Below, piece after piece: positions 36,340 to 48,504 of a DNA stretch of 64,000 nucleotides. Source of the stretch: Nageia nagi (lineage: Eukaryota; Plantae; Pinophyta). The position numbers and the translations under genes were made by a program. Location: assembly GCA_050084985.1 (NCBI GenBank), contig JBITNC010000002.1, forward strand, positions 21,142,001 through 21,206,000, given 5' to 3'. Position 1 is the stretch's first letter, and the number at the start of each line of letters is the position of its first letter. The notes beneath the pieces were generated by a model that was given only the letters and a program-made list of their open reading frames with translations, made no database searches and was not told the DNA's origin.

Positions 36340-39300
36340 TAGGGTACCGAGAAGCCTTCTTATGCAATTTGCATCTAAGAAAGCAATGAGTGTGAAATCC
36401 TTCCCCTTGGGATACCATAGGCTATATTCCATTGTACCTTTGAGGTATCAAAAAATTTGTTTTATTGTTATCACATGTATCTCCTTTGGATTCATTTGAA
36501 ATCATGCAGCCATGCATATGACTTGAAGTATGTTAGGTTTGGTAGCTATACAATAGGCTTCCAATCATTGACTTGTACATAGTTTGATCCACTGATGGGG
36601 ACTTATCATCTTTGCTAAGCTTGTAATCTATCATAATAAGAATACTCATAGGCTTGCAATCCTCCATAGTGAACTTTTTGAACATCTTCTTTACATACTT
36701 GATATACAAAAGAAAAATACCATTCTTTAATTGATTAACTTTTAAACAAATGAAATATGAAAGCTCATCTATCATTGACATCTCAAAGTCTATTTGCATC
36801 TAGTTAGCAAATTCTTTGTATATTTCATCCTTGCTACCTCTAAAAATAATATCATCAACATAAACCATAATGATAAATTGATAATTATTTTTAGATTTAT
36901 TGTAGAGATTACTATCCACCATACCTTTTTTGAAACCTTGATGATGAAGATATGCATCAAGCCTAGAGTACCATGCTCAAGGTGCCTATTTTAGACTATA
37001 AAGTGCCTTTTTTAGTTTGTATACATATTTAGGTTCTCACTTACCTAAAATCCATTCATCTCCTCAATATAGACTTCTTCCTTAAGCTTTCCATTCAAAA
37101 ATGTTGATTTTACATCAATCTAATAAACCTTGAAGTTCTTGTACATAGCCAAAGTAAGAAACATACGAATAGCCTCTAATCTAGCCACAGGAGAAATGGT
37201 TTCTTCAAAATCAATACCTTCAACCTGAGCATACCCTTTTCAAACCAAAATTGCTTCATTTCTTATGATTTTATCATCTTCATTAAGCTTGTTACGAAAA
37301 AACCACTTGGTGCTAATCACATTTTTATTCTTGGTCCTTGGTACCAACTCCCAAGTCTAATTCTTTTTAATCTGGTCTAACTCCTCATCCATTGCCTTGA
37401 TCCAACTCTCATCCTAACTTGCCTCTATACCATTATTTAGTTCTATACTTGAAAAAAGGGAATATGTTCTTATTGTTCTTCTCCTTTTTTGAACTCTAAT
37501 ATCTGGATCTCCAATTATTTGTTCACTTAGATGTTCTTTTTGTCATTTACTTGTTTTATGTTTTTGGTTTCCCTCCATTTATAAATCATTGTGTGAGTCA
37601 TCAAAGCCACTCTTTGGTTATTTTTATAGTTGTTTCTCTATATCATCTACCTTGATGTATTCTTGATAAACTAAAAAAATTCCATCATTTCCTTTTGGAG
37701 GTATTTGCATCTCATCAATCTTAACATTCGCACTCCCAACAATTTTCCTAAGTGTTTTGGTGTAACACTTCTAAGCCTTGCTTTTTATTTAGTAACCAAG
37801 GAATATACCTTCATCCACTCTATCATCAAATATGCTAAGGTTTTATTCCATCCTCTTGATGTAGCACTTACTCCCAAAGACTTTGAAGTATCTTGTTGAT
37901 GCCTTTTTACTAAACCATAACTCATAAGATGTCTTATTCTTGTGGGGCCTCAACTTACACCTATTCTAAATATAAATCATTGTGTGGACTACTTCTTTCC
38001 AAAACATATCAGCTATGTTGCTTTCTTTCAACAATGTTCATACCATTTCTTGAACTGACCTGTTGTTTCTTTCTATCACAACATTTTCTTGATGTGTCCT
38101 TATTACAAAAAGTTATATCCTAATACCATACTTGTGATAAAACTCATTGCAATTATCTGAAATAAACTCATCTCCTTTGTCTAATTTGATTCTCCTTCCA
38201 ACCTAATTTTCTGCTTGATTCTTGAAGGTCTCAAATTTTCCAAGTGCTTCTAACTTGTGTTTCATAAATAATATCCATATCATCCTAGAATAATCATACA
38301 TGCATAACATGAAGTAGTTATTCCTTTTATATTTTGCATCCTCATAGGACCACATAAATCAATATGAGCAAGATCTTGGGATTTGTCAGAATAACACTCC
38401 TTTGTCTTAAAAGTGAATCTAGTGAGCTTACCCTTTTGACACAAAGAACAAATACTATTTGGTGGTCTCTTGATGCTTGGAATATCTTGAATTGCCCCCT
38501 TTGAACTAATTTTGACTAAGTTATCAAAGTTGATGTGTCCAAGCCTCTTATTCCAAAGCCAATCTCATCCTCCTTTCTAAGTAAGTATGATCCCTCTAAA
38601 GTCTCTGTCAATGTATACAAATTTTCAAAAGTCCTTATGCCAATTACTACCAATTTACTATTATTTGATCATTTGATCTTGTACCTTCACTTCTTAAAAA
38701 TCACATCATGACCTCTATCACAAATCTAACTTACACTCAACAAGTTATGTTTTAGACCAATCATAAATAAAATCTCTTTTGATCTAATTTTACCATCACT
38801 TATCTTCATTGTACCTTTACCGACTATCTTTTCTCCATTATTGTTCCCAAATATGATCGAACCTCCTTCATATTGTTGCAACTTTTTAAATTCTTGTTTA
38901 TCACCTATCATATGACTTGAGCATCCACTATCTAGTATCCATGGAGCTAGTTTATCCTATGCTTTAAGAGTTATTTGTACTATTAAGGATTCTTTTACTT
39001 CTTTTGACTTTTACTTCTCTTTTCATTCCTTCTTGATACCTATCTTGGTTTCCTATATTGTCTCTTCCTATTTGGTTTGTTGTACCTATCTCTCTAGAAT
39101 CTTTCTATTTTGTCTCATGCCCTATAACTAAAAAATATCTTCATTGAAATTGATTGCAAGAGAATGTACTCCTGAAATTTCTTACAATGTGACCATAGTT
39201 GTGACAATTATAACATTCTATAACATAATTTATCAATGGTGCAAATGTATTTCTACTTGAGAAGTTTCTTGGACTTATATCATATTTGCACTTAGATATT

Positions 39301-39500
39301 TTATGTCCATACCCATTGCACTTAAAATAATAACCTAAAAAGGATTGAGTGAACCTAGGTTATGGGCTTTTCCACATTGTAGTAGGTACCAGGAATCTTC
39401 TTCTCCTTTGATGTGCTACATGTGTGAATCCATCATTTTCCATATTCTTATCATTTCTAGTAGTATTATTTTGCCTTGCATAAGATGGTTTTGCTTGATT
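36340..39500 (-). mobile_element. Decayed SIRE/Maximus-like Copia gag-pol
   Basis: Two knuckles (FKCNGYGH, CYNCHNYGH); ILDSGCSSHMIGDK..IIFGNN (PR); LWNKRLGHINF (IN); RT FEMSMIDELSYFICLKVNQLKNGIF and YKSMIGSLLY, typical of the Sirevirus lineage. No LTRs recognised. Confidence 0.8.
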
Positions 39501-39654
39501 GACCAATTTCTTTTATTCCTCAATTTCTAATTTTTTATTTGTATCTTTAGAGGTCTTTCCTTGAAAAATAATGATCCCACTATGAAATAATTATAGTCAA
39601 GAATAAGGTGAAACCAATCTCTTCCTTATGCATAACAACTTCTAAGTTATTGAT

Positions 39655-41090
39655 AATTATATTTGGTATTGTGATAGTGGTTATTTAAATCACATGATTG
39701 GTTCTAAGAATCTATTTATAAAACTTGAAGAGAATATCAATGGTCAAATTAGTTTTGTTGAAAAATGTTACATCAATATTATTGGTAAAGGAAATATTAC
39801 CTTTAAATATAAAATTGATAATATTATGTATATGCATTAGAAATTATATGTTCTTGAATTGAGATAGTAATGTCTCTTATAGTTCTATCTTCCTATTTTG
39901 ATCTCACCATTTACCAATTGGATGTTAAATTAACCTTATTAAATGGTGATTTAAAAGAATAAGTGTATGTGGATTAGCCATAAGGATTCATAGTTGTAGG
40001 AACTAAAGATAAAGTGTATAGATTGAAAAAATCTCTTTATGTGCTTAAATAAAAAGCTAAAGCATGGTAACTAGATAAAAAAAGTGTTCAATAGAAGCCA
40101 TACTATACACAAAGATAAATGGATCAGATCTAATAATCAATTTCTTATATGTTAATGATATTATCATCAATAGTAGTTCCACATACTTTAAAATTTAGAA
40201 ATTTTTATAGGGAATTAGATTGAGATGATTGATCTAGATGAAATATATAATTTCCTTGATATATGAGTGAGATAATCATCAAATTATAATTTAAGCTCTC
40301 AAACCAAGTATTTTGAGAACATGCTAGTTATATTTTCCATTAAATACTATAAAATTATTGCAACACCAAGAATTGTAAATTGCAATTTAAATAAACATAG
40401 TTATTGTCCTATTTTTGGTGCAAATTTATATAAGTATTTATTTGGTATCCTAATGTATGTCATAGCAATAAGTATTGACATTACACTTGTAGTAAGTGTT
40501 GTAGTTAGAATCATGCATCAACCACATGATTACCATATTAATAAGACCAAAAGAATCCATCATTATGTATGTGGTATAAAATATTTTTATCTATGGCATA
40601 AATCTAATAATTAAGATGATAGTGAGGCATACACATATGCAAATTGGGCATGAAGCTTGTATGATACGAAAGTAACATTTGGTTATTCCTTCTTCTTTAG
40701 TGAATCATTGATTTCATAGAGAAATAAGAAGTAACATGCAAATCCACTACTGAAGTGTAATATATGGTTGAATCATATTCTTATACTCAATATATTTAGA
40801 TTGTAAGATTATTTGAATACTTAAAAATAAATATTTTAATTTCCATAAAATTCATTATGATAACACTAACATTGTCATCATGATGAAGAATCCAATGTTT
40901 TCTTATAGAAGAAATCATATAAATATTTTCCATTATTTCATGAGATATTTAGTGTAATATGGATGTATTAATTTCAAATATTACATATTTAAGGATCAAC
41001 CTATAGACATCTTCACTAAATCTTTTACAAAAGATAAATTTCTCAATATTAGAAATCAAATTATTATAGAACCCATTTACATTAAGTGTA
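39655..41090 (+). mobile_element. Highly decayed Copia with integrase deleted (PR joined to RT-RH)
   Basis: WYCDSGYLNHMIG (PR), YQLDVKLTLLNGDLKE*VYVD*P*GF (RT), YKYLFGILMY..DITLVVSVV, DIFTKS (RH). Confidence 0.75.
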
Positions 41091-42750
41091 AGAATGCAAG
41101 AATAAAATATTTTAGTAGTTTGACACTTTGAGTTTTTTTTATTATATAATAGTTGATATTTTCAAATAATTTATGTTTAAATGGATAATCCAATTAAATC
41201 CAAAAGTACTCAATGTTTATTTCTTTCTTTAACCATTTAATTGGTAGTTAAATGCTCTCATTGTCATTTCTATTTTAAGATATGGACATCCATACATTTA
41301 TTTCACTACCAATTAAATACTCAATCATATAAAAGAGGGAATGTATAGGCATGTTTTCTCATTGTATTATATCATTCTACATTATTTATATATGAAGAAG
41401 TAATTATGTAACTTTTCTTTGCAACTTTATGTTGTATATTCATTCTAGGTGTTCAAGTAATTGAGAAATCATAACTATAGCATAATATATATTTTTTAGA
41501 GAAATAAATAGGATATTTATCTATTTTATGGTATTTTAGATTGGTGGGGTACTAATTTATCTTTCATTTTATGAAAGAGATTTTAAAATTTTCATGGTTA
41601 TTTCTTACTGCTCTTTTACTAACCAATTCTATTTTAAGGGATATAACTTCCATTATAGATGTCCATTTTATGTGAGCCTCTTTATAATGGATAATTCTTT
41701 TCAATATCTAGAATGATATTCTATATGCCCTATTTTATATGTAAATTACCTTCACAATCCATAATTTTCCACCATGCACTTACCTAGCAATTCTCAATAA
41801 TAATATGTGAATAGTTTAATCTTCTCCCAAGAATCATTACATTTTCCTTTATATAAATATAAATATCCTTACATCATTAGAAATGTATATTTTGCTGTAT
41901 TTTCTAACAAAATATAACATGATACATTGTTCTTACAAATAATTGTATTTTCATTCTCATGTTTTAGCAATATTATTTCAATCCAAGAACAATCTCATTC
42001 TAGTGATATAATGCATATGTTTCATGTCATCATATATAGATAAAGTTTAAAAATGCTATTTAATATTTCTAATCACCATATAACATGTAGAAAGATGTTT
42101 GGTAGGATTTTTATATGTTGGTTATGTGAAGGAAATTAGTAAGAAATCAAGGTGATTCATTGATGACATTAGGTACCATAACTTTCAAGCTTTGATCAAA
42201 TATTAGGTTTTTCTATATGCTACGAAGGGTAAGGTGAGATGAGTATATATCTATATTTTGTTGTATTCATAGGGGAAAAATGTGATGACAAGGCTATTTT
42301 ATCATTGTATCCATTGAAAGAAAAGCTTTCTTATGAGATTGATGAGTGTAAAAGAGAGTCATACAATAAAAAAGGATAATGGTTTGAATCTATTTTTGTA
42401 TTTTATTTCATGATGTAGGTGAAATTTTCTTAGCAGGTTAGATGCTTCAATAGTGATTAGGGTTCCTATTTATGAGACAATATCCCATTAGTGATTTTGT
42501 ATCTTCTTAGGACTAGTAGTGAACCAATAGTCCCTATCCCTAAACTATACATGATTTTGCTCTAGATTATTTATTTACAGTATTTGAAGGAAATATGAAC
42601 CAAACCACAAAAAGGAATGAGGAAAATGTTGAATATATGGTAATAGATGTTTAAAATAAAATTGTACTAAAGATGTTATTTATTTTTAGGAGAGCTAATA
42701 TAAGAATGCTTTTGAAAGAGAGATGTATTTGAGAATTAAAAAGATTGTAT

Positions 42751-43024
42751 TGTTAGAACCATAATCTAGATTATGGTATTTGTAAATATTAGAATTTGCA
42801 TATGTGTCAATGACAAGTGTCATTTAGTTGTTAATTTAGGCTAAATATGGACATGTGTCCCATTAGCATTAAGCTAGAGATAATTTAGCAATTTGTTAGT
42901 TTGTTAATTGAGGTGTACACTTAGTTGCCTCATTTTAGGTGTTAGTTACTCAACCACTTATGTGGTGTATAAATTGTACGCTTATTCTTATTAATGAAAT
43001 CTTGTGAGTTTATCAATTTCTTCA
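42751..43024 (+). repeat. 5' LTR of the young Copia
   Basis: Identical to 48231-48504 and followed by the PBS. Confidence 0.97.
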
Positions 43025-44007
43025 TTGGTATCAGAGCAAGAAGAAAGAAAGAAAACTCCATGCTTGCATGTCCGTATATTTTCAAGGACTATTTGCATAT
43101 AAAAAATCTAAGGCTACCATTGCAAATGTTTGTCTAGCAGAATGTTCATAGGCGTTCTCCTTCTGTGAGGCATTTGTGACTGCATTCATTTGTGGGCATC
43201 AGTCATTTTCAAGGGCATTTTTGACCCTCTTTCTTCTGATGATTCGTGAGGAGGAGATTCAAAGTAACATGAGCTGCTTGCCGAGAGCTCTTCTTTGCAG
43301 ATTAGTCCCTGCACTCTTTGCAGCCAATGTGACTTGCTGAGAACACGTCTTCAGTTCGTGGGTTTATTGGCTTGTTGTTGTTCTCCATCATCTGCACATT
43401 GTGATTCTCAGTTCGTGGTCCAAAGACGTGGGTTTTGGCGCAGCAGTTCGTCGACGTTTTCCCACGTAGCACGCAGCTCCTCTTTTCATTTTGTGACTGC
43501 AGTTTGAGGACGTTGGTGAAGGTGAATTGAATCTGGTTGGACGAGTTCAGTCTGCTCCTGGAAAACGTGGTGCACTGGAAAACGTGGAAGCTGCAGACGT
43601 AGACTTCCTGCGTGTTCTCTCCAGTTCGTGGACGTCGCAGGCCGTAGCTCATCTCTGTGAACGTAGCACGCAGTAGTTCGTTTTCCCGCGTGGTTCGTTC
43701 CTCTCCAGCTCGTGGGTGTTGAACCTGGCGTGGAGACGAGAAACCCAACCTTCTACCACGGCGTCCCTGCTACACGTCGTCATCTGCGCATATTGTAAGC
43801 GTGGTGTTCGTCGTTCGTGAGCATTTTAGAGTTGGTGGCCCTCCTGTTCTGCAGTATTTCGTGGGTATTCTGGACTGTTCCAGACCCATTCTCGTGAAAG
43901 CTTCCAAACGTCATTTAGAAGAACTCGTTGTGGACGTTGTCGCCTTCTTGACCAACGTGACACCTCTCATCTACGCTCCTGACTTTCTGCAGTAGCTCCT
44001 CTCTACA

Positions 44008-47000
44008 ATGCATTCTTTAGTCAGCATCATTGGCGTCGTTTTGACGGGAAAGAAAAATTGGTCTGAATGGCAAAGAAAATTGAAACACACGCTTATCTTC
44101 AATGATTTTTGGGCTGGTATATGCGATGGCGCTACCAAACCCACTCCACCTACGGATGATAAAGAACTCCTAGTTTGGAACATGAAGAATTCTAAAGCGT
44201 ATGCCTTAATAGCCGCCTCCATAACTGAAGAGGTTAATCGGCACATCACATCAATTGACGATGCATGGACAGCATTGGGAAAGTTGCGTGACTTATATGA
44301 TTCTCATTCAAAGTTGGAACTGATCCAACTTCAATTGAAGCTCTTCAACTTAGAGTTGAAAGACAATGATCCCTTGGCTCTCATTTCAGAGATTCAGGCA
44401 ATTATGTTTGACATCGATTCTACTGGTGTTCAAATTGATATTGCTCTTGCAGCCTTGATCAAGGCCCTATATCCCACATATTCCACTTATCTTGAATCTT
44501 TACAAGCAAGTGGACAATTAAAGTCTCTCACATTCGCCTCTTTATCAGCAAAAATTGCAGAGCGAGAAAAAGCTTTTGGAAAGAAATCAAATGAATCTAC
44601 TTCAGACACATTATGCATTGCTCAGTCAGATACAAATGATGTTTCTCTTGCAGAAAGCAGCAGCAGAGGTCGTGGTAAGAAAAATTTCCGAAGCAGGGGG
44701 GGCCGAAATCAAGGTGGTCGAGGCGACAAAAGTGAAAGATCCAATCTTTTTTGCACTAGATGCGAAAGAAAAGGACATGAAGCCAGCACTTGTCGCATAC
44801 CTTGGGATAAAATTGTTGAAAAGAAAGAGCAAAATGCTAATCAGAGTCAGAGCTCTGCATCTGCTCATTTCGTTACTGCTGAATGTAACGTTGGTCTTTG
44901 TGACCTCATGAATACTTCATACGCATCATGGGAAGATGCGTGGTTGCTTGATACAGGAGCGACATGCCATATGACTTTTAGAAGGGATTTCTTTGAGACT
45001 TTGAATGAAGACATTGATGGTGCAGTATATTTTGCAGACAGATCGAAGCTTAAGCCATCTGGAATTGGTACTATCAGGCTCAAATTGCCAGGATTTCCAG
45101 ATTTTTTGCTTCAGAATGTTCTATATCTTCCAGAATTGCGGAGGAATTTACTTTCTCTAGTTCTCGTTCGACAACAAGGACATTCTATCCATATTATCGA
45201 CGGCAAGGTAGAGATTAGGCGATCTTCTGACAACAAGATCGTGATGCTTGGTCTGGAGGATGGAAAACTATTGAAGCTGACTGGCACTTCTCTTCGATCG
45301 AATGAATTTGCGTTTCTTGCACATCAAGAAAAAGGTACTCTTCCCTCTAGTCTTTTGTGGCATGCTAGATTTGGTCACCTTAATTTTGATGACCTTCGTC
45401 TATTAAAAAAGAAAGGTCTTACTGGTTTGCCAACTATCCCTAGGAACATTGCCCCTTGTGAAGCCTGTATCCTAGGAAAGCACCAAAAGCAACCGTTTTT
45501 AGATTCCCAATGGAGAGCAAGTAGAAAACTTGAACTCATTCACTCCGATTTATGTGGCCCATTTTCTGTTCCTTCTGCCGCAGGCAATAGATATCTTATG
45601 ACTTTCATTGATGATTACTCTAGGATGTCTTGGGTTTACTTGTTGAAACATAAGTCTGAAGCTTTTCCAAGTTTAAAGAATTTCATGTTAGTGTAGAAAA
45701 TGAAGCTAGAACTCGTATTGCAACTCTCCGTTCTGATAATGGGGGAGAATATACCTCTACTGAATTTAAAAGTTATCTACATCAACATGGAATCAAACAT
45801 CAGATGATTGTTCCATACAACCCACAACAAAATGGTGTTGCAGAACGGATGAACAGAACACTCTTGAATATGGCCCGTGCTATGCTATTCTTCAAAAATG
45901 TGAAGTTAATGTTCTGGGGTGATGCAGTTCAGTGTGCTGTTTATTTGAGAAACAGATGTCCTTCTCAAGCTCTCGCCGACAAGACTCCTTATGAAATGTG
46001 GTTTAATCGTCTTCCTTCAGTGCGTCATCTCAGGGTTTTTGGTTCCACCTGTTATGCGCTAATTCCAAAGGAACAACGAGGAAAGCTAGGAGCTCGAAGT
46101 CGCAAATGTATTTTCTTGGGTTATTCAGACACTACCAAGGGATACAAGCTTTATCACGAGGTAAACAAAAAATTTCTCTTTGCTAGAGACGTCATTTTTC
46201 TTGAATTTTCAAAAAATGACAATGCTGTTGAGCGACAGCTTGATCACCTTGATCGGTCTACTCGTGGAAAGCAATATTTTGAGGCAGATTATGAAATTCC
46301 AAATCTTGAGGGGGGAATTCCTATCTTGGATCCAAATTTGGAATTTATGCCACTTGTTCCTGAAGAACAAGTACAAGATGTGTCCTCTCAAACAGATTCT
46401 TCCAGTTCATCAGAGACTCAGACTCAGTTGGATGAAGTGATCGAAGGAATTGGTCGGTTGAGTATTGATGGAAGTGAAGCACCACCTCAACCAAGTGATC
46501 TTCCAGAATCATCTCAGAGAATTCCAAAATGGGCCCAGAAAACACTTGAAAGTGTTCATCCTGATGAAAGAGGAAAGACAGGAACTCGAAGTTCCTACCA
46601 GTCTAGACAAGAAAGTGGAGCAGTAGAAGATTCAGTTTCTGAATGTTCTTTTGATATGGAATTGAATTATTCTGCTGATTTCGAGCCAACTTCTTTCAAA
46701 GAAGCTATTTCTCATGATGCTTGGAAAGAAGCCATGAAGAAAGAATATGAAGCTCTCATCAAGAATGGGACTTGGAAGTTGGTTGATCCTCCATATGGAA
46801 CCAAAGCCATAGGTTGCAAGTGGGTCTACAAGAATAAGTACAAATCAGATGGCTCACTTGACAAAAACAAAGCGAGGCTTGTAGCAAAAGGATATGCACA
46901 GAGAGAAGGTATTGACTATGATGAGACTTTTGCTCCTACAGCAAAATGGGTAACCATTCGTTCTTTGTTAGCAATGGCTGCTCAACATGAATGGAAGGTT

Positions 47001-48221
47001 CATCAAATGGACGTAAAGACAGCTTTCCTGAATGGTGATTTGAAAGAAACAGTTTATATGACACAACCTGAAGGATTTGCAGTTAAAGGTCAAGAGCATA
47101 AGGTATGCAAGCTTATCAAGTCTTTATATGGTTTGAAGCAAGCTCCTCGCGCATGGTTTGAAAAGCTTACTGAATATCTTTTGAAGTTGAATTTCAAGCA
47201 CTATGACCTAGATGATGCAACGTTGTTTGTTAAAAGATTTGGGAACACTGTTGTAAATCTAGTGGTATACGTAGATGATCTTTTGATAACAGGGAACAAT
47301 GAAAGATATATAGCATCTGTGAAACAAGAATTGAAGAAAGGGTTTGAAATGACAGATATGGGCCTTCTTCATTATTACTTAGGTGTTGAAGTAAATCAAA
47401 CACCAAGGAACATTTTCATTTCCCAAAGAAAGTACATTGGAGAATTGTTGAACAAATTTAGTATGAATGATTGCAATCCACTCTCTACTCCAATGGAACA
47501 GAATTTGAAGCTGAAATCAGTTGAAGGAAATCAGTTTGAAGATGCTACTAAATATAGACAATTGATAGGAAGTCTCATTTATCTAACCACTACCAGACCT
47601 GATATTTCATTTGTGGTTGGAATTCTTTCAAGATTTATGCACTCACCTTGTGAAGGTCATTGGCTAGCAGCAAAGAGAGTTCTTCGATATTTGAAAGGAA
47701 CTCAAGATTATGGACTAAAATATTCCAAGGTAGAAGACTTCAAATTAATTGGACATTCTGATTCAGACTTTGTTGGTGATAAAGAAAATGGAGTTTCAAC
47801 TTCAGGTTATCTTATGAGTCTTGGATCAGCAGCTATTTCCTGGAGATCACGAAAACAATCAGTACCTGCAGATTCTACAACAGAGGTAGAATATGTAGCA
47901 GCTGCAGAGGCAACAAAAGAAATTGTGTGGCTCAGGAAAATTCTAGAAGATTTGCAGGAGAAACAGGTACTTCCAACTCCACTTTTAGTTGACAATACTT
48001 CTGCAATAAAATTGGCCAAGAATCCAAAGTTTCATGATCGAACAAAGCACATCAACACAAAGTATCATTTGATTCGACATCATGTAGAGGTCAAGACAAT
48101 TTGTGTAAAACATTGTTCCACTGAAGAACAAACTGCAGACATCTTCACCAAAGCGCTTGGAAGAGAAAAGTTCGAGAAGTTCAGATCAATGCTCGGACTT
48201 ACAAATACCCCTTCAGATTAA
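44008..48221 (+). CDS. Copia gag-pol polyprotein with a single 1-nt frameshift near 45664-45680
   Basis: ORF 44008-45696: UBN2 gag, CTRCERKGHEASTC knuckle, WLLDTGATCHM (PR), WHARFGH..CEAC, SDLCGP. The -1 frame continues FKEFHVSVENEARTRIATLRSDNGGE into ORF 45804-48221 (IN, RT YVDD, RH ADIFTKAL). Confidence 0.93.
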
Positions 48222-48230
48222 GGGGGGGAA

Positions 48231-48504
48231 TGTTAGAACCATAATCTAGATTATGGTATTTGTAAATATTAGAATTTGCATATGTGTCAATGACAAGTGT
48301 CATTTAGTTGTTAATTTAGGCTAAATATGGACATGTGTCCCATTAGCATTAAGCTAGAGATAATTTAGCAATTTGTTAGTTTGTTAATTGAGGTGTACAC
48401 TTAGTTGCCTCATTTTAGGTGTTAGTTACTCAACCACTTATGTGGTGTATAAATTGTACGCTTATTCTTATTAATGAAATCTTGTGAGTTTATCAATTTC
48501 TTCA
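48231..48504 (+). repeat. 3' LTR of the young Copia
   Basis: Follows the PPT, identical to the 5' LTR, followed by the TSD. Confidence 0.97.

Larger units (their letters stand above)
42751..48504 (+). mobile_element. Full-length, very recent Ty1/Copia LTR retrotransposon (5754 bp)
   Basis: LTRs 42751-43024 and 48231-48504 (274 bp, TG...CA) appear identical base for base. TSD TGTAT (42746-42750, 48505-48509). PBS TGGTATCAGAGC (tRNA-iMet) at 43026-43037. PPT AAGGGGGGGAA at 48220-48230. Confidence 0.98.

Noticed and set aside
43302-43748. 148-aa antisense ORF in the young Copia leader
   Set aside because: Non-ATG start, no recognisable domain, and long stop-free frames are expected in GC-rich sequence.
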